Shown here: piece by piece, positions 36,951 to 54,789 of the stretch
Numbering within the stretch: position 1 is the first letter of the stretch
How the letters are laid out: each line of letters opens with the position of its first letter
Source of the DNA: the human T2T-CHM13v2.0 reference genome, Homo sapiens
Assembly: GCF_009914755.1 (NCBI RefSeq)
Contig: NC_060930.1
Strand: one strand, 5' to 3'
DNA length: 64,000 nucleotides
Made by a program: the position numbers and the translations under genes
Notes under the pieces: model-generated
What the model was told of the DNA's origin: nothing
Database searches by the model: none
Seen by the model: only the letters and a program-made list of their open reading frames with translations

Positions 36951-39869
36951 TTTCCAAAGCTGCTCCTGCAGGTGGATGTTTAGTGTGCTTTGAAGGCCAG
37001 TTCGGTGGAGCCTGGTTGTGAACCACGCAGGGGCACCCAGCTGGGAGCCAATGAGAAGTTGCTGAAGGGTTTCAGAGCTGCCTGCACAGCAGATGGAGCA
37101 CAGACAGGGATGGACTAAGCCACCTGTGGGCGCCGGGGCTGTCACTGAGCTCCCCTGGGTGCCACAGTCTTCCTCACGTGCTGGGGACGCTCTTTCCTGC
37201 TGGGCTTGGCTGCAGGGACCTCGAGTCTCCCCGTGGGTGAAGCCCCATCTCACCAGGGCAGGGGTTAGGAGACTCTCTCCCAGGAAGCCCACGCCTTCCT
37301 CGTACCAATGAAGCACTGCAGGTGCCCCCAGCACAGACCTGCCTCGTCTCATGGATACCCTACCTCGGACATCTGGACAGGCTGTGTGATCTGGGGAGGG
37401 ACAAGCAGGTCAATTAAAATAAGTTTCAGGGATGTCCTCACAGCCCCCTCAACCGGGATTGTTCTTTTGCAGTAAGAGCATCTGGGGCCTAGATACCAGT
37501 GTGGCCCCTCCCCACCACCCCAGCTTTATTAGGGGATCAGGAGGCAAGAAAGGCACACAGGGTCTTGGTTGGTCTCTTAAGTGTAGAAGAATATCACTGC
37601 TTATTTTGCAGAAAATCATTCTCCAGAATTAGTCCAAAAGAGTTCACTACAGTTTGTAGCAGGTCATGTCAATGAATGCTATAATAATAGTGACGAGAAA
37701 AGAGAGTAACCAGGGTGCCCTCCTGCCCTGGGTTGAGATTTGGGAGTCAGCAGCATCGCGATGGTAGAACATTTATTCCTGGTGACAGCGTCAGAACCAG
37801 AAAGAAAACAGCTTGATTTCCAGGTTCCAGGTTGAGCCCGCCAGGCTGGCAGGAAACTCTATTGCTTTCTCAACGAAGGAAATTTGATTCCTAAGTCACT
37901 GAGAGAGAGAAAATCAACTCCTTTTATGTCACTTTTATTATATGGTACTCTAATAATTCTGACATCTGTTTCTCTCATTTCTAGATTTTAAGACTTTACT
38001 TCGATCTGGGGCCATTAAATATTTGGGACCTTTCTAAGAAACCTTTTTAAAATTAACGAAGCTGTGCATGTGTGTTCTCCACATTGTATTGTATGACCTT
38101 AAGACTTGACGTTGCTGGAGGGGAAGGGTTTGTGTTTTGTGAAAACTACAACAGCCATGAGGTTTAATGTTTTTCTTGATCCAAATTGAGGCTTCTCTTC
38201 AGAAGTCTCTATATGATCTCAGAAAACTTTTTGCGACTGACCTCAAGGCATCCAAATTATTTTCAATGGAAAGGGCATCCAAGATTTAAAAATACGCTCT
38301 AGGCCTGGAAGGACCCTGGAGCCCAGATTGGAAGGGTGGGGTGGTTGAGTGCTGCTGCTGGAAGCTCTCGTAAAAGGGGTGAATGAAGTAAACATCATTA
38401 GAATTGCTGGGTGCCAGAGGCGCCTGTGTGACATGTCTGGATGGCTTCACCGAGACACACAACTGATTAGATATTCAAAGTCAGGTGCTAAGAAACCAAG
38501 GTCATGCCATACTGCATTTCTCTCAAACAACTGGGCCCAGATAAGTTAAGCAGTGGGTGATACCCCCAGACAGATAAGGTGGCAATTTTTAACAATCTTA
38601 AAATATTGTTACAGCAAGGAAGGTCGTGATAAGATCAAAGCATTTGGAATTATGTTAACGGGTGCTGGGATTTCTTTTGCCCTCCCCTCTCCCTGAGCCT
38701 CCCCCTTCCTGCCACGTCTGCTTACAAGCACACACATACAAACACCACACACACGGGGCATGGCGTGTTCCAGAACCTGCTGGGATACCGCTAGGCTTTG
38801 GAATATGAATGCAGGAAGTGCTCGTGATTTTTTTTTTTTTCCTGTGCTCACAGCAGGTTGATTTATGGCCTGGATTACTGGAAACAGTAATTCTTTGCTC
38901 TTTATGATGTTTTGGTGGGGGATGCAGTAGCCTGCAGTCAGAACACCATGATTTCAACTAGGTTTTTACAAAAAGGTCTCTGCAGAAAGGGTGGCTGTGA
39001 ATTGGTCAGCTTCTGGAACAGAGCAGTTAATAAGACACTAGCACATTAATCATGTGACGGCTATTGGGCTTCGCAGGGACAGGCACTAGCTTTTAAAAAC
39101 AGCAATTTAGGTGACTACTGTGTTGAAAGAGGTTGGCTGAACACACTGTTTTTAACCCACAGTTAACAGTTGAATTGTGTGGGTGGTTTTTACGTACACT
39201 TTTTCGTGTATCTGGAATTTTTAATAACCCTAATACAATAATCTCTTCTATTACCTTTTATCCTATGTCAATTTCCAGAGCTACAAATGTAATGAGGAGT
39301 AAGCCAGTTATCTGCTAATTCTGGAGAAACTGTCAAGAATTATTCTGAAATTATCTGGACAATGCATAAACTCTTCCACTTTACCGGGTGGCCCTGGTAA
39401 CTCCATAACAAGTATTTTGGGGTGGGGGCAGCCACAAAACCAAAGCCACCACTCACTAATGAAATAAATGACTCTCCTCAGCTGAGTTTAAGAAGTTTGT
39501 CCTATGTAGAAACTAAAATCTAGAAGTATATTAGAATTTCTGTTCTTTGGACCAATAAAAATTCATAGTATAAAACTTAAGACATAAAATAACAGTGATT
39601 TCATGTATCTGCCAGTAGAAAACCACAGTTATCATTTTGTAAGAAACAAAAACACTACGTTTTCAAATCCAACAGTGATTCACTTTTGTTTCCACTCATT
39701 TGTTGCATTTTATTAGTGAAATGAAGTATAAAGGAAGCTGCATTTATCGGGCAATTACAATCTACAAGAGGCTATGAAAATGCAGTGGGAATAAACCACA
39801 TCTTTTGTTTTGAAGGAGAGAAAAGTATGATAATTAATTAGTGAAGAGAGTGAGTGTTTTGAGGGTATT

Positions 39870-40070
39870 AAAATTATCGCTGTTAAAACCAGACCTGACT
39901 AGGTTCAAATTTTGTTTCCAAATCTCACTAGCTGTTTAATCTTAGGCGAGTTATTCTCCAATCTTTCTGTGCCTCAATTTCCTTGTTGTTAAAATGCATA
40001 TATTCAGAGACCACAGTTCATGGGATTTTCTTGAGGATTAAGGGAAATTATGACAGTGAGTTCACTAAAA
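39870..40070 (+). mobile_element. MIR SINE
   Basis: Contains ggttcaaat...cactagctgtttaatcttaggcgagttatt...tctgtgcctcaatttccttgttgttaaaatg. Confidence 0.8.
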
Positions 40071-40129
40071 AAAAGCAATGTCTTTTATACAGTGACCTCT
40101 CAGAAAGTAAATTTTGGCATATCCATATT

Positions 40130-41170
40130 ATAGATTATGATGCATTAATTTAAAATGGTGACACAGTTGTGGATTTAGAGACAAAGAAAAATGTTAATAT
40201 ATTGTTAAGGAGAAAAGGCTGTAAAAGATTTATAAATGTTTTATGCATTTGTGCAAATTACTAACAAAATGTTCTAAGAGGAGTTATAAAACAATAAATG
40301 TTTTAGTTGTCTCTCAGATTGGCACAGGTGCAAAAATAAAGTTCATACTCACTGCAGGCCGTGGGTGAGTATTAGACACACTCCTGCACCATTAGTGGAA
40401 GAGTAAATTAGTGTATCCTTTTGGGAGAGTAACTACATATATCTATCAAATGTTTCTCTATTTGGCCTATCAATTCTACTTCTTCAAATTTGTGCTGAGC
40501 AAATAATCATTGATATGTGAAAAGATTTATCTGTCAATAGAATCTATATTGCAATAAACATATATTATAGGCACATGCAATAACATAGAAAATCTCAAAA
40601 TCCTAAAATTTGGTGAGAGAAGCCCAGCAAAAGAATGCATGTTCCATAATAAAAATGACTGAATAATTTCATAAAATTCAAAAACAGTCAAAATTAATTT
40701 AAAGTATTGGACATCAGGAGAGTAGTTATCTTTGGAGGGGTGAGAGGAGATATTGATGGAGAAAGGGCTAAAGGAATATCTGGAAACTGGGAACTTTCGA
40801 TTTCCTGATCTAAGTACAGTAGCGCTTACACAGGGGTGCTAACTCGGTACTAATTCCTTGAACTGTGATAAGATGTACGCACAGTCTGTATTCTGTGTAC
40901 GTTGCTATGTTGTTTATGTGAAAAAAGAATTAACCACTAATCACTGTGGGCTGCCTCAGTAAACTTTTATATCCATATTTTTATTAGCATGCATTAAATT
41001 ATTAAAGTTATCAATGTGAAAATTTCTAAGTTTACTACTTTTAAATTTATCCCTATGGAAAATCCTAATGACGCAGTCAGGAGAAAACAGGGTACGCGGT
41101 AATATATATGATCTCACTGTATTATAAAAATAACAAGCTCCTTATATTTCTGTGTAGACATAGGCACTAA
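40130..41170 (+). mobile_element. Old L1ME/L1MC 3' fragments
   Basis: Degraded L1 3' motifs: caattctacttct, aaattcaaaaacagtcaaaattaat, catcaggagagtagttatctttgg, tttcctgatct. Confidence 0.65.
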
Positions 41171-41179
41171 CAAACTCTA

Positions 41180-41559
<380 letters not shown>

Positions 41560-41668
41560 TTAAAAAATTTTTTAGTATTATCTGGATGTTTTGCAAAGAT
41601 CATAATACTGCCCTTCTGTAGATGATGGTAGCTACCTCTATAATTCTTCCGTGTGTTGCCCTTGCCTT

Positions 41669-42400
<732 letters not shown>

Positions 42401-42439
42401 CCCCCACCCCCAACATGGGCACCAAAGAAATCTTTCCAG

Positions 42440-43205
<766 letters not shown>

Positions 43206-43349
43206 ACCCCAAAAGGCACTTATGAAAATAACCAGCAGCTTATTGAAATTAAAACCTAAACTCAAGATTGTAATAGGAAAAGAATGAAATGAACTAATTG
43301 TCATTAAATAATAGCAAAATAAATTGTTAAAATGATATTCTTGAAGAAT

Positions 43350-43640
43350 TTTTTATGACATGAAAATTGATTTGGGATATATTATTAAATGAAGAAAGAG
43401 AGTTACAAAAGTATGTGGCAATCTGAGTTAATTTTGTAAAAAAAAAATCGAATAATTTATGTAGGTGCAGAGAGGGGTCTGGAAATAAAGGCACACAAAA
43501 CCTTCACAGTAGCTGTCTCCATGCAGTGAGGTAATAGAAGCCTTTTACTTTTTTTTTTGAAAAAAATTGCTTGTCTTTATTTTCTCAAACATGCATTGCT
43601 ATAGTAATGAAAAAATAATGAATGTTATTTTTAATTAAAA
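43350..43640 (+). mobile_element. Old L1ME 3' fragment
   Basis: Contains atatattattaaatgaagaaagagagttacaaaa...ctggaaa...cacacaaaac...cagtagctgtctc. Confidence 0.55.
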
Positions 43641-44559
43641 AATACTAAAGCAAACTAGCTTTCTCTGTGTTTAAACAGTATGGAGCTATACTCCATTTAG
43701 AAAGGATGTTTATTTCACAGCCTCTGTTGTGGGGAAGTATGTAAGGTAATTTGGAACTCAGTTTCCAGCGGGACCTGTCGAGGTGGAAGTCCTACACCTT
43801 GCAGCAGCATCAGAGCACCTTCCAGACACCCTCCCCCTGGCCCCTACACGCCTGACTGGAAACATAATCCTGGCTCCATAAGGTGTGGGCTTATTTTATT
43901 TCTCAGAGCATAGTTCAGCCCATTTCTGAGAAGATGCTGCACACAATTCCATTGTCTGGATGCTCTAGTAATGTGCCTGTTACTGGCTATCACTTGAGGA
44001 CTAAGCAATTGTGAGCACTTGCCACCACCCAGCTGGTGGGGACACTGGAATACCTGGGGAAGAGGAGTGCACAGGCACCCTGCCACATCCTCCCCTCCTG
44101 ATGCCCAGGTGTGCCCCAGCCAGTCTCAGGTCCCCTGGGGCCCAAGGCATAGCAGGGCAGTAACGCCTCTGAGTAATGCGGGTCTCATGCCGTGTCCTGA
44201 AGGAACACACCTGAGATACGGCCGACTGGAGTGCGTTGCACATTTGCTTCTTTTTAGTCACCAGGAAGGAGTAAATTATGAGGGAGGGTCGGAGTTCTGC
44301 AGAGCACCGAGGGCCACATGGGGAAGGCGTTCTTGTTTCTAGAGGCCGCTTTAACCAGACCCACTTGGGGGCCCCGTGGCGATTTATTTCCATACATCGC
44401 GGCAGGCTCACCTTCAAAGGAGTTTTATGATGTTGAAACAACCAGTCTGACAAAAAGACATTGTAATCTGTGGACTACTTTTTGTCACTTTAACCAATTA
44501 CAATTTTATGTAGCTAGATCTTCATCAGTAATTTTCTTAGAGTTTGAAAGACAAAATGC

Positions 44560-45630
44560 CACATCCGTTTACCGGGCCTCGTTTTATGCCGTGATTCTCT
44601 TGCTGTCTTCGAAGGCACTGTCATCATTCTGTCTTCTAGATGATCTTAGAATTCATGTAATTGTCGGGGGCTTCCCCAAACATAGTGGCTGGCAGTGAGT
44701 TGCCATAGCTGACACATTCCGGGAATCCTCATTAGCTGGGAAAGGTGGACGATGTTTGTCTTCCACATTCCAGTGCCGGGGAGAAAGCTCCTTTTCAGAG
44801 AGAGCGGACCTGGCATGCTTGCACCGCAGCCACGTCACCCCGGGCCGTTCAACAAAGCAAGCGGCCCGTGCACCGGGGTCCAGGCTGATCACCGGCGGCC
44901 GGCCGCCTGGAAGGGGGCGCTGGGCCAGTCTCTGTGGGCTTGGGTGTGGTCAGCCTGTCCCCAGCTCCTGGGTTCGGAAGGTATTTTGGAATTTTGGTGA
45001 TAGCTGAACTGCTTCTTACCAGCTGGGAGAGGGATCTGAGGGCGTGCTGAGGAAGACCCGATGGAGAGCTCCGCTCACAGCGATGCCATTAGGTTCTCAC
45101 CGCCGCCACCAGACGCAGTGGAACACAGTGAGCTTCGAGAACTCCAAACGTCTTTCTTTTTTCCTTTTAATCTATAAAATGGGAAGCGTTGCGTTCACGA
45201 GTCCATAAACGAATTTCTAGCGCTCCCTGGAGTTTGTTTAGACAGCACATTGCATGTTCGCAGTATTTGTCCTTCTCTTCCGGATTGGGTTCTGTTCGGT
45301 TGTCCTTGGTGTGTATTTCAGCGACATGGTTTTGAAGCCGCTTGTCTTCCCAGCACATTCACAATCGTGATGCCATCGGAGCCCAGGGCCTTGTCCGCAC
45401 GTGGCAGCACAGCACGGCAGAGGCTGCAGGGCTGAAGCCTGCGCAGCGGCGCTGGTGTCCGAAGGCGCAGGGGAAGGGCAGCCCCTCTGGCAGCCGCCGC
45501 ACAGGCCGTCCCGGGGCAGCAGGACCCGAGCAGAGACCACGAGGCCAACGCCAGCAGCTCGGGAACTCACCGAGACGAGACTTAGATGCCAAGGGTTGGT
45601 AAAGAGTGTCAACGCCCAGACCGTGGAACC
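44560..45630. promoter_or_regulatory. CpG-rich, repeat-free block (CpG-island-like candidate promoter/enhancer)
   Basis: Dense CpGs at about 44820-44920 and 45370-45580 against a CpG-depleted background. GAS motif TTCCGGGAA at 44717-44725, TEAD-type ACATTCC twice, AGGGGGCGC CTCF-like core. Confidence 0.6.
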
Positions 45631-45759
45631 ATTCCTGTTTTAACTATAGATGTAAAAGTCTAAATTAAGAATTGGCAACTAATGTCCAGCCATGAGTCCC
45701 CCGCATTACATACTTCTAAATACATAATTTTAGGACTGTAAAGTGATTCACTATTAGGA

Positions 45760-47700
45760 TGTCTCCACGTAATTCCGTGTATCGTCCCATTTAAGAAGAA
45801 AACATATGCTCGTATCAATAAATGTTAAAGACATTTGATAAAACTTAGCAGATATTCCAAATAACATATCTAAGCAAATCAGGATAAGGGGAAATAATTT
45901 AAATTTGAAATAAATAACTTGTACAAAAGACACCGCAGATGTTATTCTACATGGTGAAATGCTAAACTCACTTCTACTAAAACTGGGAACCAGACAGGGA
46001 TATTTACTGTCATTACCATTATTTGATATTTTTAAAGGTAAGAAAAGAAAATAATCATTAAAATACTTGGAAAGAAGAGATAAAATTATCCTTTTTGCTA
46101 ATGACGTAAGAACCTATCTATAAAATCAAAAAATACTCTAATTAAAAAGAAACTATTATAACTAATAAAATAATTTGGTAAAGCAATTAGATATGGCATA
46201 TGTAGAAATCAAGTTTTCTCTCTGCTAGTAATAACTAACTAGAAATGAGAATAAGAAAAAACATTATTCCATTAAAAAATAACAGCAATTAATATACTCA
46301 AATTCATTTAATCAGAAAGATATGGGACCTTTCTGAGGAAATTCCAGAAATCTATAGAAGGATATAAAATAAGATCTCAACAAATGGAAAGATATATTAT
46401 TTTTAATATAAAATTAAATATCATAAAGATGTCAGTTCTGTCAAAGTTAACATATTCATTTATGCAATTCCAATTAAAATTTTTTCCCCTCAAAATAATG
46501 ATCTCAAAGTAGAAGAATGAAATTATCACTAAGGAGTGTGGTGAAACGTGCTAGCCTTACCAGACATTGAAACATACTTTAGAGCCACTGAAATCAAAAC
46601 CGTATGGTACTGGTATAGGGAAAGATTGACATTTAAGTGAAAAAAATATTGAAATCCTAGAAATAGAAGCTTGACAAAGGAGTACTTAAATTCAGTGAGA
46701 AAGGGATACACTTTGTAGTAAACGTGCTGGTACAACTGGCTCTCTGCTAAAATAAAATTTGCTTGGATTCTATCTGACATGACACGAAGAGTACTAAATG
46801 GATTGATTATTTAAAGGCAAAAATTTATTGTAAAACAAAATTAGAGTGGTGATATGATAGATTTAAGGTGGCAGGGTCTTTATAAGCAAGGCGGTAAATC
46901 CAGGAGCCATAAAAGAAGTGATAAACATTTCTAATTAAAAATACTATTATTAATTTAACAAGAGCATTTTAAAATGAAATACTTTTCATCAGGCAAAGTT
47001 ATCACACACATACTCAACTGACAAAAGACTGAGGAAAAACATTGTACTCCAGGGGAGTTAAATGATTCAGTTAAAAGGGAGAGAAAGAGTTAAACTTTAC
47101 AAACAGTGTATATTTGCACATTGATAACAATAGTGTAAGCAAACCAAGAGAACATATGCAAAAAGTACCAATAAATACAGATCAGCAAGTCCACATGGCC
47201 TATAAACATATGGAAAAGATATTCAACCTCTGTCTCAAGAGAAATTCAAAGTGATGGATTTCACAACATACCTATCACTGTGGAAAATAAAAAAAGCTGG
47301 CCAAGATGTAAGAAAACGGCACTCTCACAAATTTTTAGTGGAAATGTGAATTGTTTCATCCTTCTTGGAAAGCAATTTGGAACCTTCTATAAACATTTAA
47401 ACTACTCGTCTATATCCTTGACATAGCAATGCCAATTTTAGGAACCTATTTTACAGAAATAAAATATCAGACTCTAAGTATATAAGAGTCTTCCTTGCAG
47501 TACTATTCATACTTACTAATATCAAACCCAAAGTAGGTACCCATTAATACAAAAATGGTTAAATAAAATATGATACACTTATACAATGGAATATTACACA
47601 GTTACCCAATAACTTGGAGAGAATCACACTATGAACTGTTAAGTGAGAAAGTTAACACTGGGAGAAGCTTACTAATACACAATATAATTTTTCTGAAGGA
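45760..47700 (+). mobile_element. Ancient L1M ORF2 (RT to C-terminus) remnant, ~2 kb
   Basis: Degraded RT-region text: gacatttgataaaa, atggtgaaatgct, ctgggaaccagacaggga, and tttgctaatgac (the FADD-coding position). Also aaaaccgtatggtactggtata and atacaatggaatattac. Confidence 0.85.
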
Positions 47701-47703
47701 AAC

Positions 47704-48178
47704 TGTAGTGGGTTGAATTATGGTCCCCAAAAGATATGTTCAAGTCCCAAGTCCCAGTAACTGTGAATGTGACCTGATTTGGAAATGGCATCTTTGCAGA
47801 TATACGTAAGGATCTCGAAATGAGGTCAACCTGAATTTTGGGTGGGGCATAAATCCAATTACTAGTGTCTTCTTAACTGAAAGTAGGAGGAGGCTTGGAA
47901 CACAGATATATGGAGAAAGAAGGCCATGAGAAGATGAAGATGGAGGCAGAGGTTGGAGTGACGGATCTGCAAAGACCGCCTAGGGTTGCTGGCCAATGTC
48001 AGAATCTAAAAGAAAGGCATGGGAACAAACTTTCCTCAGAGCTCCCAGAAGGAACCAACCTTACCAAAACCTTGATTCCAGACCTCTGGCCTTCTTCACT
48101 GTGAGAATACATTTCTGTTCTCTTAAGCTACGTAGTTTGTTGAAATTTGTTGCAGCACCCTTACAGAAACTAAGCCCA
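47704..48178 (+). mobile_element. MLT1C-like ERVL-MaLR solo LTR
   Basis: Contains tgtagtgggttgaattatggtccccaaaagatatg...gaagatggaggcagaggttggagtga...gaaggaaccaacc...atacatttctgttctcttaagc. Confidence 0.9.
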
Positions 48179-48737
48179 ACACCCTATTTGTATATGTGAT
48201 CATCTATGCAGATATACGGATGATAGACAGGTGGAAAATGGATGGAAGAAGGCACCCGCCAGGTTGTTAACCTCAGACATCTGTGCCAGTGGGAAGCTGG
48301 ACAAGGGATGCTGCTGGAGGAGAGGGATGGAGGGAAGGGAACATCTGGCAAGGGCAAGCATCAAAGGACAAACTAAGAGCTGAGCCCCAGATATGGGATC
48401 CGTGCAAGATCTAGAACTGAGCCAGAACTACCTCCTTGAACATAATAGCCAAAAGGGATATAGCTAGTTCTTTAGAGTAAAGGAAATAGAAGTTGACACA
48501 GTAACCTCTGTGCATTCTTTCTTTTGGTAGTAGATTGATACGCAGAGTAAAATGTATAAGATTCTCATTGAAAACATTCTTGTGTCTTAGATACATTTGT
48601 GCACTTCTGTCTTAGATACATTTCATGTCTCTATGTATCATATCTCCATCTGTCTGTCTTCCTAACTTCCAGACAATTCCTGAGATTATTTACCCATTTG
48701 CAGAGACAAATGAGGTGATCCAGCCCCTGCATTTCTT

Positions 48738-50373
<1,636 letters not shown>

Positions 50374-50871
50374 CAGCCACTGCATTTCTTAACAGAGGAA
50401 GACAGAAAGTTGAGGACAACAGAAAAGCCAGCTACAAAACAATCACAAACCTAGAAGAAATCTTCAAGAATCTTGTATCTGTATTTTTTTTTTCTGCTTC
50501 TAAAGATAACCTTGGCTGCAAAGTGTCAGGGGCTCTGCTCTGTTAATAATGTACTCCTGGGAAGCTTCCTCTGCACACCCTCACACTGGTGGTGCAGGTG
50601 GGCCCTAGGTGAGATGGTCACACTGCACTTCCTGCCATTTGGAGCTCCTCTCTTCCCTCTGAACCCAGGACTCCCTCATGAAACCCAGTGCTCCTTGCTT
50701 CTCGCCTGTTAAATAAGTAGGACAGACTCTAAACCAGGGCTCTGAAATGCAAATGACCCGCAAGGTGATGGGAACGGGGGTGGATCGAAGCAACATATTA
50801 CCGGACATGTGAAGATACATGTCAATTTCACCTGGCCTCTGAAGGACCCGGGAACTGGGACAAAGAGGAAC

Positions 50872-50907
50872 ATTTCTTGCTGGGTTTCTTGCCGGGTTTC
50901 TTGCCAC
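50872..50907. repeat. Short tandem repeat, 12-bp unit tttcttgc(t/c)ggg, ~3 copies
   Basis: Sequence atttcttgctgggtttcttgccgggtttcttgccac. Confidence 0.8.
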
Positions 50908-52124
50908 AAGGGAATGGGATACCGTGTTGCCTGGGTTTTCAAGAAAAGGGGAAATTTGAATGTTTGTGTGATGTCTCTCAATGTATAACTACTGACAACT
51001 ATTTCAAAATTTTAAAAGTCCTGTGTGGGTTACAATCAAAAGATGTCGAGGACAGGAGTTTTTCTAAGGTCACCTGTTTGTCACCTCTGAAATATGAAGA
51101 TATTTTTATTCATTTCTTGCTAAGTGACTTCTTAAGATCTCTTATAAACTAATTCACACCAAGCTATTACCTGCTTAGTGTCTGGCTGCTTTCAGGGTTC
51201 CTTGCATCTTGGCAACTAATCCTTTTTGTTCTCAAATTTCCCAATCTTTTCAGAGTGAGGGAAGTTCCTCAAAGAAATAACATTCATTTTTATATTTTTG
51301 TCTTATAAAGTGAAAATTCCTTTTATTTTTAACTCCAAAGACATATTTCAGAGTCCCACAAGGTAATAATTATTCTGCAAGTACCTTTTGAGTAAAAAAA
51401 TACAGAATATCAAAAGTCTATTAAAAATAATAGCAGTATGTTTAAATAAATTTATATTTTAGTAATTTCAACATTATGCTTTTTAAAGTTTATCAAGCTT
51501 TAGCTTCCAGCTTAGATAAGGTAACAAGGACTGAATTTACCCTTTTGTCTGAAACAACCAATAAAACCAGACAAAGTATATGTAACAATAGGTTTCAAAT
51601 CACTGGGCATCAGGCAGCAAAGGACAGAGATCCCTGAGAGGTAGAAACAATTAAGATGAGTCCCACAATTGATTTTCAAAAGACACTATAAAGAGAATGA
51701 GTGCATGGGCCACAGACGGGGGCAGGGGAAACCATATCAGATCCAAGCAAGGCTTGTATCTGAAAAAAGGTTCATACCTACAATATATTAAGGACTACCA
51801 AAACTCAATAATAGGAAGACAAATAATCCAATTTAAAAATGGAAAAAATATTTGAATAGATACTTTGTCAAAGAAAATACAGAGATAGCAAGTAAGCACA
51901 TAAAAGATACTCAGTGGCATTAGTGGTTAGAGAAAAATTAAATCCATAATAAGCTATACATTTTCACTCTACATCTAGTGAAAATGGCTAAAATTAACAA
52001 CTGACATTATCAAGTGTTGGCAAGTATGTGGAGGAACTAGAGCTCTCCAGTCAGCTGGAGGGAATGTGAAATGGTGCAACAACATTGGAAAAAATTTTGC
52101 AGTTTCTTAAAAAGTTAAACACAC

Positions 52125-52466
<342 letters not shown>

Positions 52467-52656
52467 TTATGGGTATTTCTTTAAAAGAAATAAAAGCTTA
52501 TATTTGTATGAAGATGTATAACAATGTTCATAGGTTTATTTATAATAATACAAAACCAGAAACCAAATTGTGGTACATCTCTACAATAGAATACTTTCAG
52601 CAATAAGAAATGAACTAATGATACATGCTATAACATGGATTTCAAATAATTATTCT

Positions 52657-52969
<313 letters not shown>

Positions 52970-53311
52970 TCATGTAATTATTCTGAGCAGAAGTCAACCA
53001 AAGAAAAACATGATTCCATTTATATAACATTCTAGAAAATGCAAACTAATCTATTGTGAAAGAAAGCAGTTCAGTTGCTTGGAGACAGGAGTGGGAATAG
53101 GAAGGGGAGAAGGAGGAGTAAGAGGAAGAGATTGTAAAAGGCGATGTCCCATCCATGATGAATGAATAAACAAGATGTGGTACATACAGACAGTGGATGT
53201 TGTTCAGCCTTAAAAAGGAAGGACATTCTGACCCACGTGACAACCTGGATGAAACTTGAAGACATTATGCTAAGTAAAAGAAGGCAGTTACAAAGAGACA
53301 AATATTGCACG

Positions 53312-53993
53312 TGCCTTAGTCGGTTTAGGCTGCTATAACAAAATGCCTTACACTGGGCAATTTGTAAACAACAGGAACTTATTGCACACAGTTCTGGAAG
53401 CTGGGAGGTCCAAGATCAAAGTGTGAGTAGATTCAGTGTCTGGTTCAGGCAGGCTCTGTCTTTTTAACGATGGTGCCTTTTTTTTCCCTTTTTTTTTTTT
53501 TTCTTGCAAGGGGTGAGACAGAGTCTCGCTCTGTCACCCAGGCTGGAGTGCAGTGGCATGAACACAGCTCACTTGCAGCCTTGACCTCCTGGGCTTGAGC
53601 AATCCTCCCATCTCAGCCTCCCAAGTAGCTGGGACCACAGGCAGGTGCCACAATGCCCGGCTAATTTTTGTAGAGACGGAGTCTCGCCATATTGCTCAGG
53701 CTGACCTCAAACTCCTGAGCTCAAGCCATCCACTCACCTTAGCCTCCCAGAGTGCTGGGATTACAGGTGTGAGCTGGCCCCAAAGATGATGCCTTCTTGC
53801 TGCATCCCCGCATGGTGAAAGAGGGGGATAACCTCCCTCATGCCTCTTTTATCAGGGCACTAAGTGCGTTCATGTGGGTGCAGTCCTCATGACCTCAGTA
53901 CTTCCCAATAGCCCCATCTTTAATACTTTCACACTGGGGATTGGGTTTCTACATATTAATTTTTTGGGGGACACAAGCATTCAGATCATAGCA
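53312..53993 (-). mobile_element. MSTD/MSTC-like MaLR solo LTR (interrupted by AluJ)
   Basis: Contains tgccttagtcggtttaggctgctataacaaaat...ggacacaagcattcagatcatagca. Degenerate 5-bp TSD gcacg/gtatg. Confidence 0.88.
53480..53781 (-). mobile_element. AluJ with small deletions
   Basis: Contains gcagccttgacctcctgggcttgagc. TSD aa(c/a)gatg(g/a)tgcctt at 53466-53479 and 53782-53795. Confidence 0.93.
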
Positions 53994-54291
53994 GTATGAT
54001 TCCACTTCTGTGAGGCATCCAGAGGAGTCAAATTCATAGAGTCAGAGAATAGAATGGTAGTTACTAGGGGCTGTGGGAGAGGGGAATGGGGTTTCGTTTA
54101 ATGGGGACAAAGTTTCAGTTTGGGAAGATAAAGTCCTGTGGTGGATGGTGGTGATGGCTGCTCGACAACGTGAATGCACTGAACGCCGCTGAACTGCATA
54201 TCCCCAAAATGGCGAAAATGGTAAATTGTGTGGTATGTAGATTTTGCCACAATAAAAAAGGAGCACATGAAGCCACATTTGGGGGTAATGG

Positions 54292-54468
54292 CAGAGCTGG
54301 CTGCACAATTTGTGGGACCCAGCACAGAATGAGAATGCAAGTCCTGTTATTAGAAAATTATTGAGAATTCCAAGATGCTAGCGCAGAGCCTTCACTCAAG
54401 CATGGTGCCCGTCTGCATGTGGGCTCCTGGGCAGGTGCTCAGGTCACACATCCTCGAAGCCTGCCTAG
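54292..54468 (-). mobile_element. MER45A hAT-Tip100 MITE
   Basis: Contains gctgcacaatttgtgggacccagcacagaatgagaatgc...aaaattattgagaattccaagatg...caggtcacacatcctcgaagcctgcc. Confidence 0.8.
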
Positions 54469-54789
54469 CTGGCAGATCCATCCACTGTCTTGGTGACAGT
54501 GATGATTTCCTGGGAGTATACATAAGTCAAAACTTCTCAAAGCAGAAACTTGACGTGGATATAGTTTATTGTTTATCAATAAACTCAATACCTCAATACC
54601 GCTGTTTAAATAGGAGCAACAAAAAGCCTGTCTTTGGAAAAGAGAGGTGCCTATATGAGTAAGGCAGGCTTTATTCACACTGCTGTTTTTTGTGGATGTG
54701 AGTTCATCCCTCTTCTGCTAATTGTTCACTCATCAATAAATTAGGACTCTTTGTTTTGATTGAAAAGAAAAGATTTTGGGAAGGAACCA

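Larger units (their letters stand above)
53148..54259 (+). mobile_element. L1MB (L1MB3-like) 3' end, split by MSTD
   Basis: First part gccttaaaaaggaaggacattctgac...acctggatgaaacttgaagacattatgctaagt. Second part gtatgattccactt...aaagtttcagtttgggaagat...ccacaataaaaaa. Confidence 0.85.

Noticed and set aside
44001-45643. ORFs in the CpG-rich block as a coding exon
   Set aside because: GC-rich DNA is stop-poor. There is no homology I recognise and no consistent splice frame.
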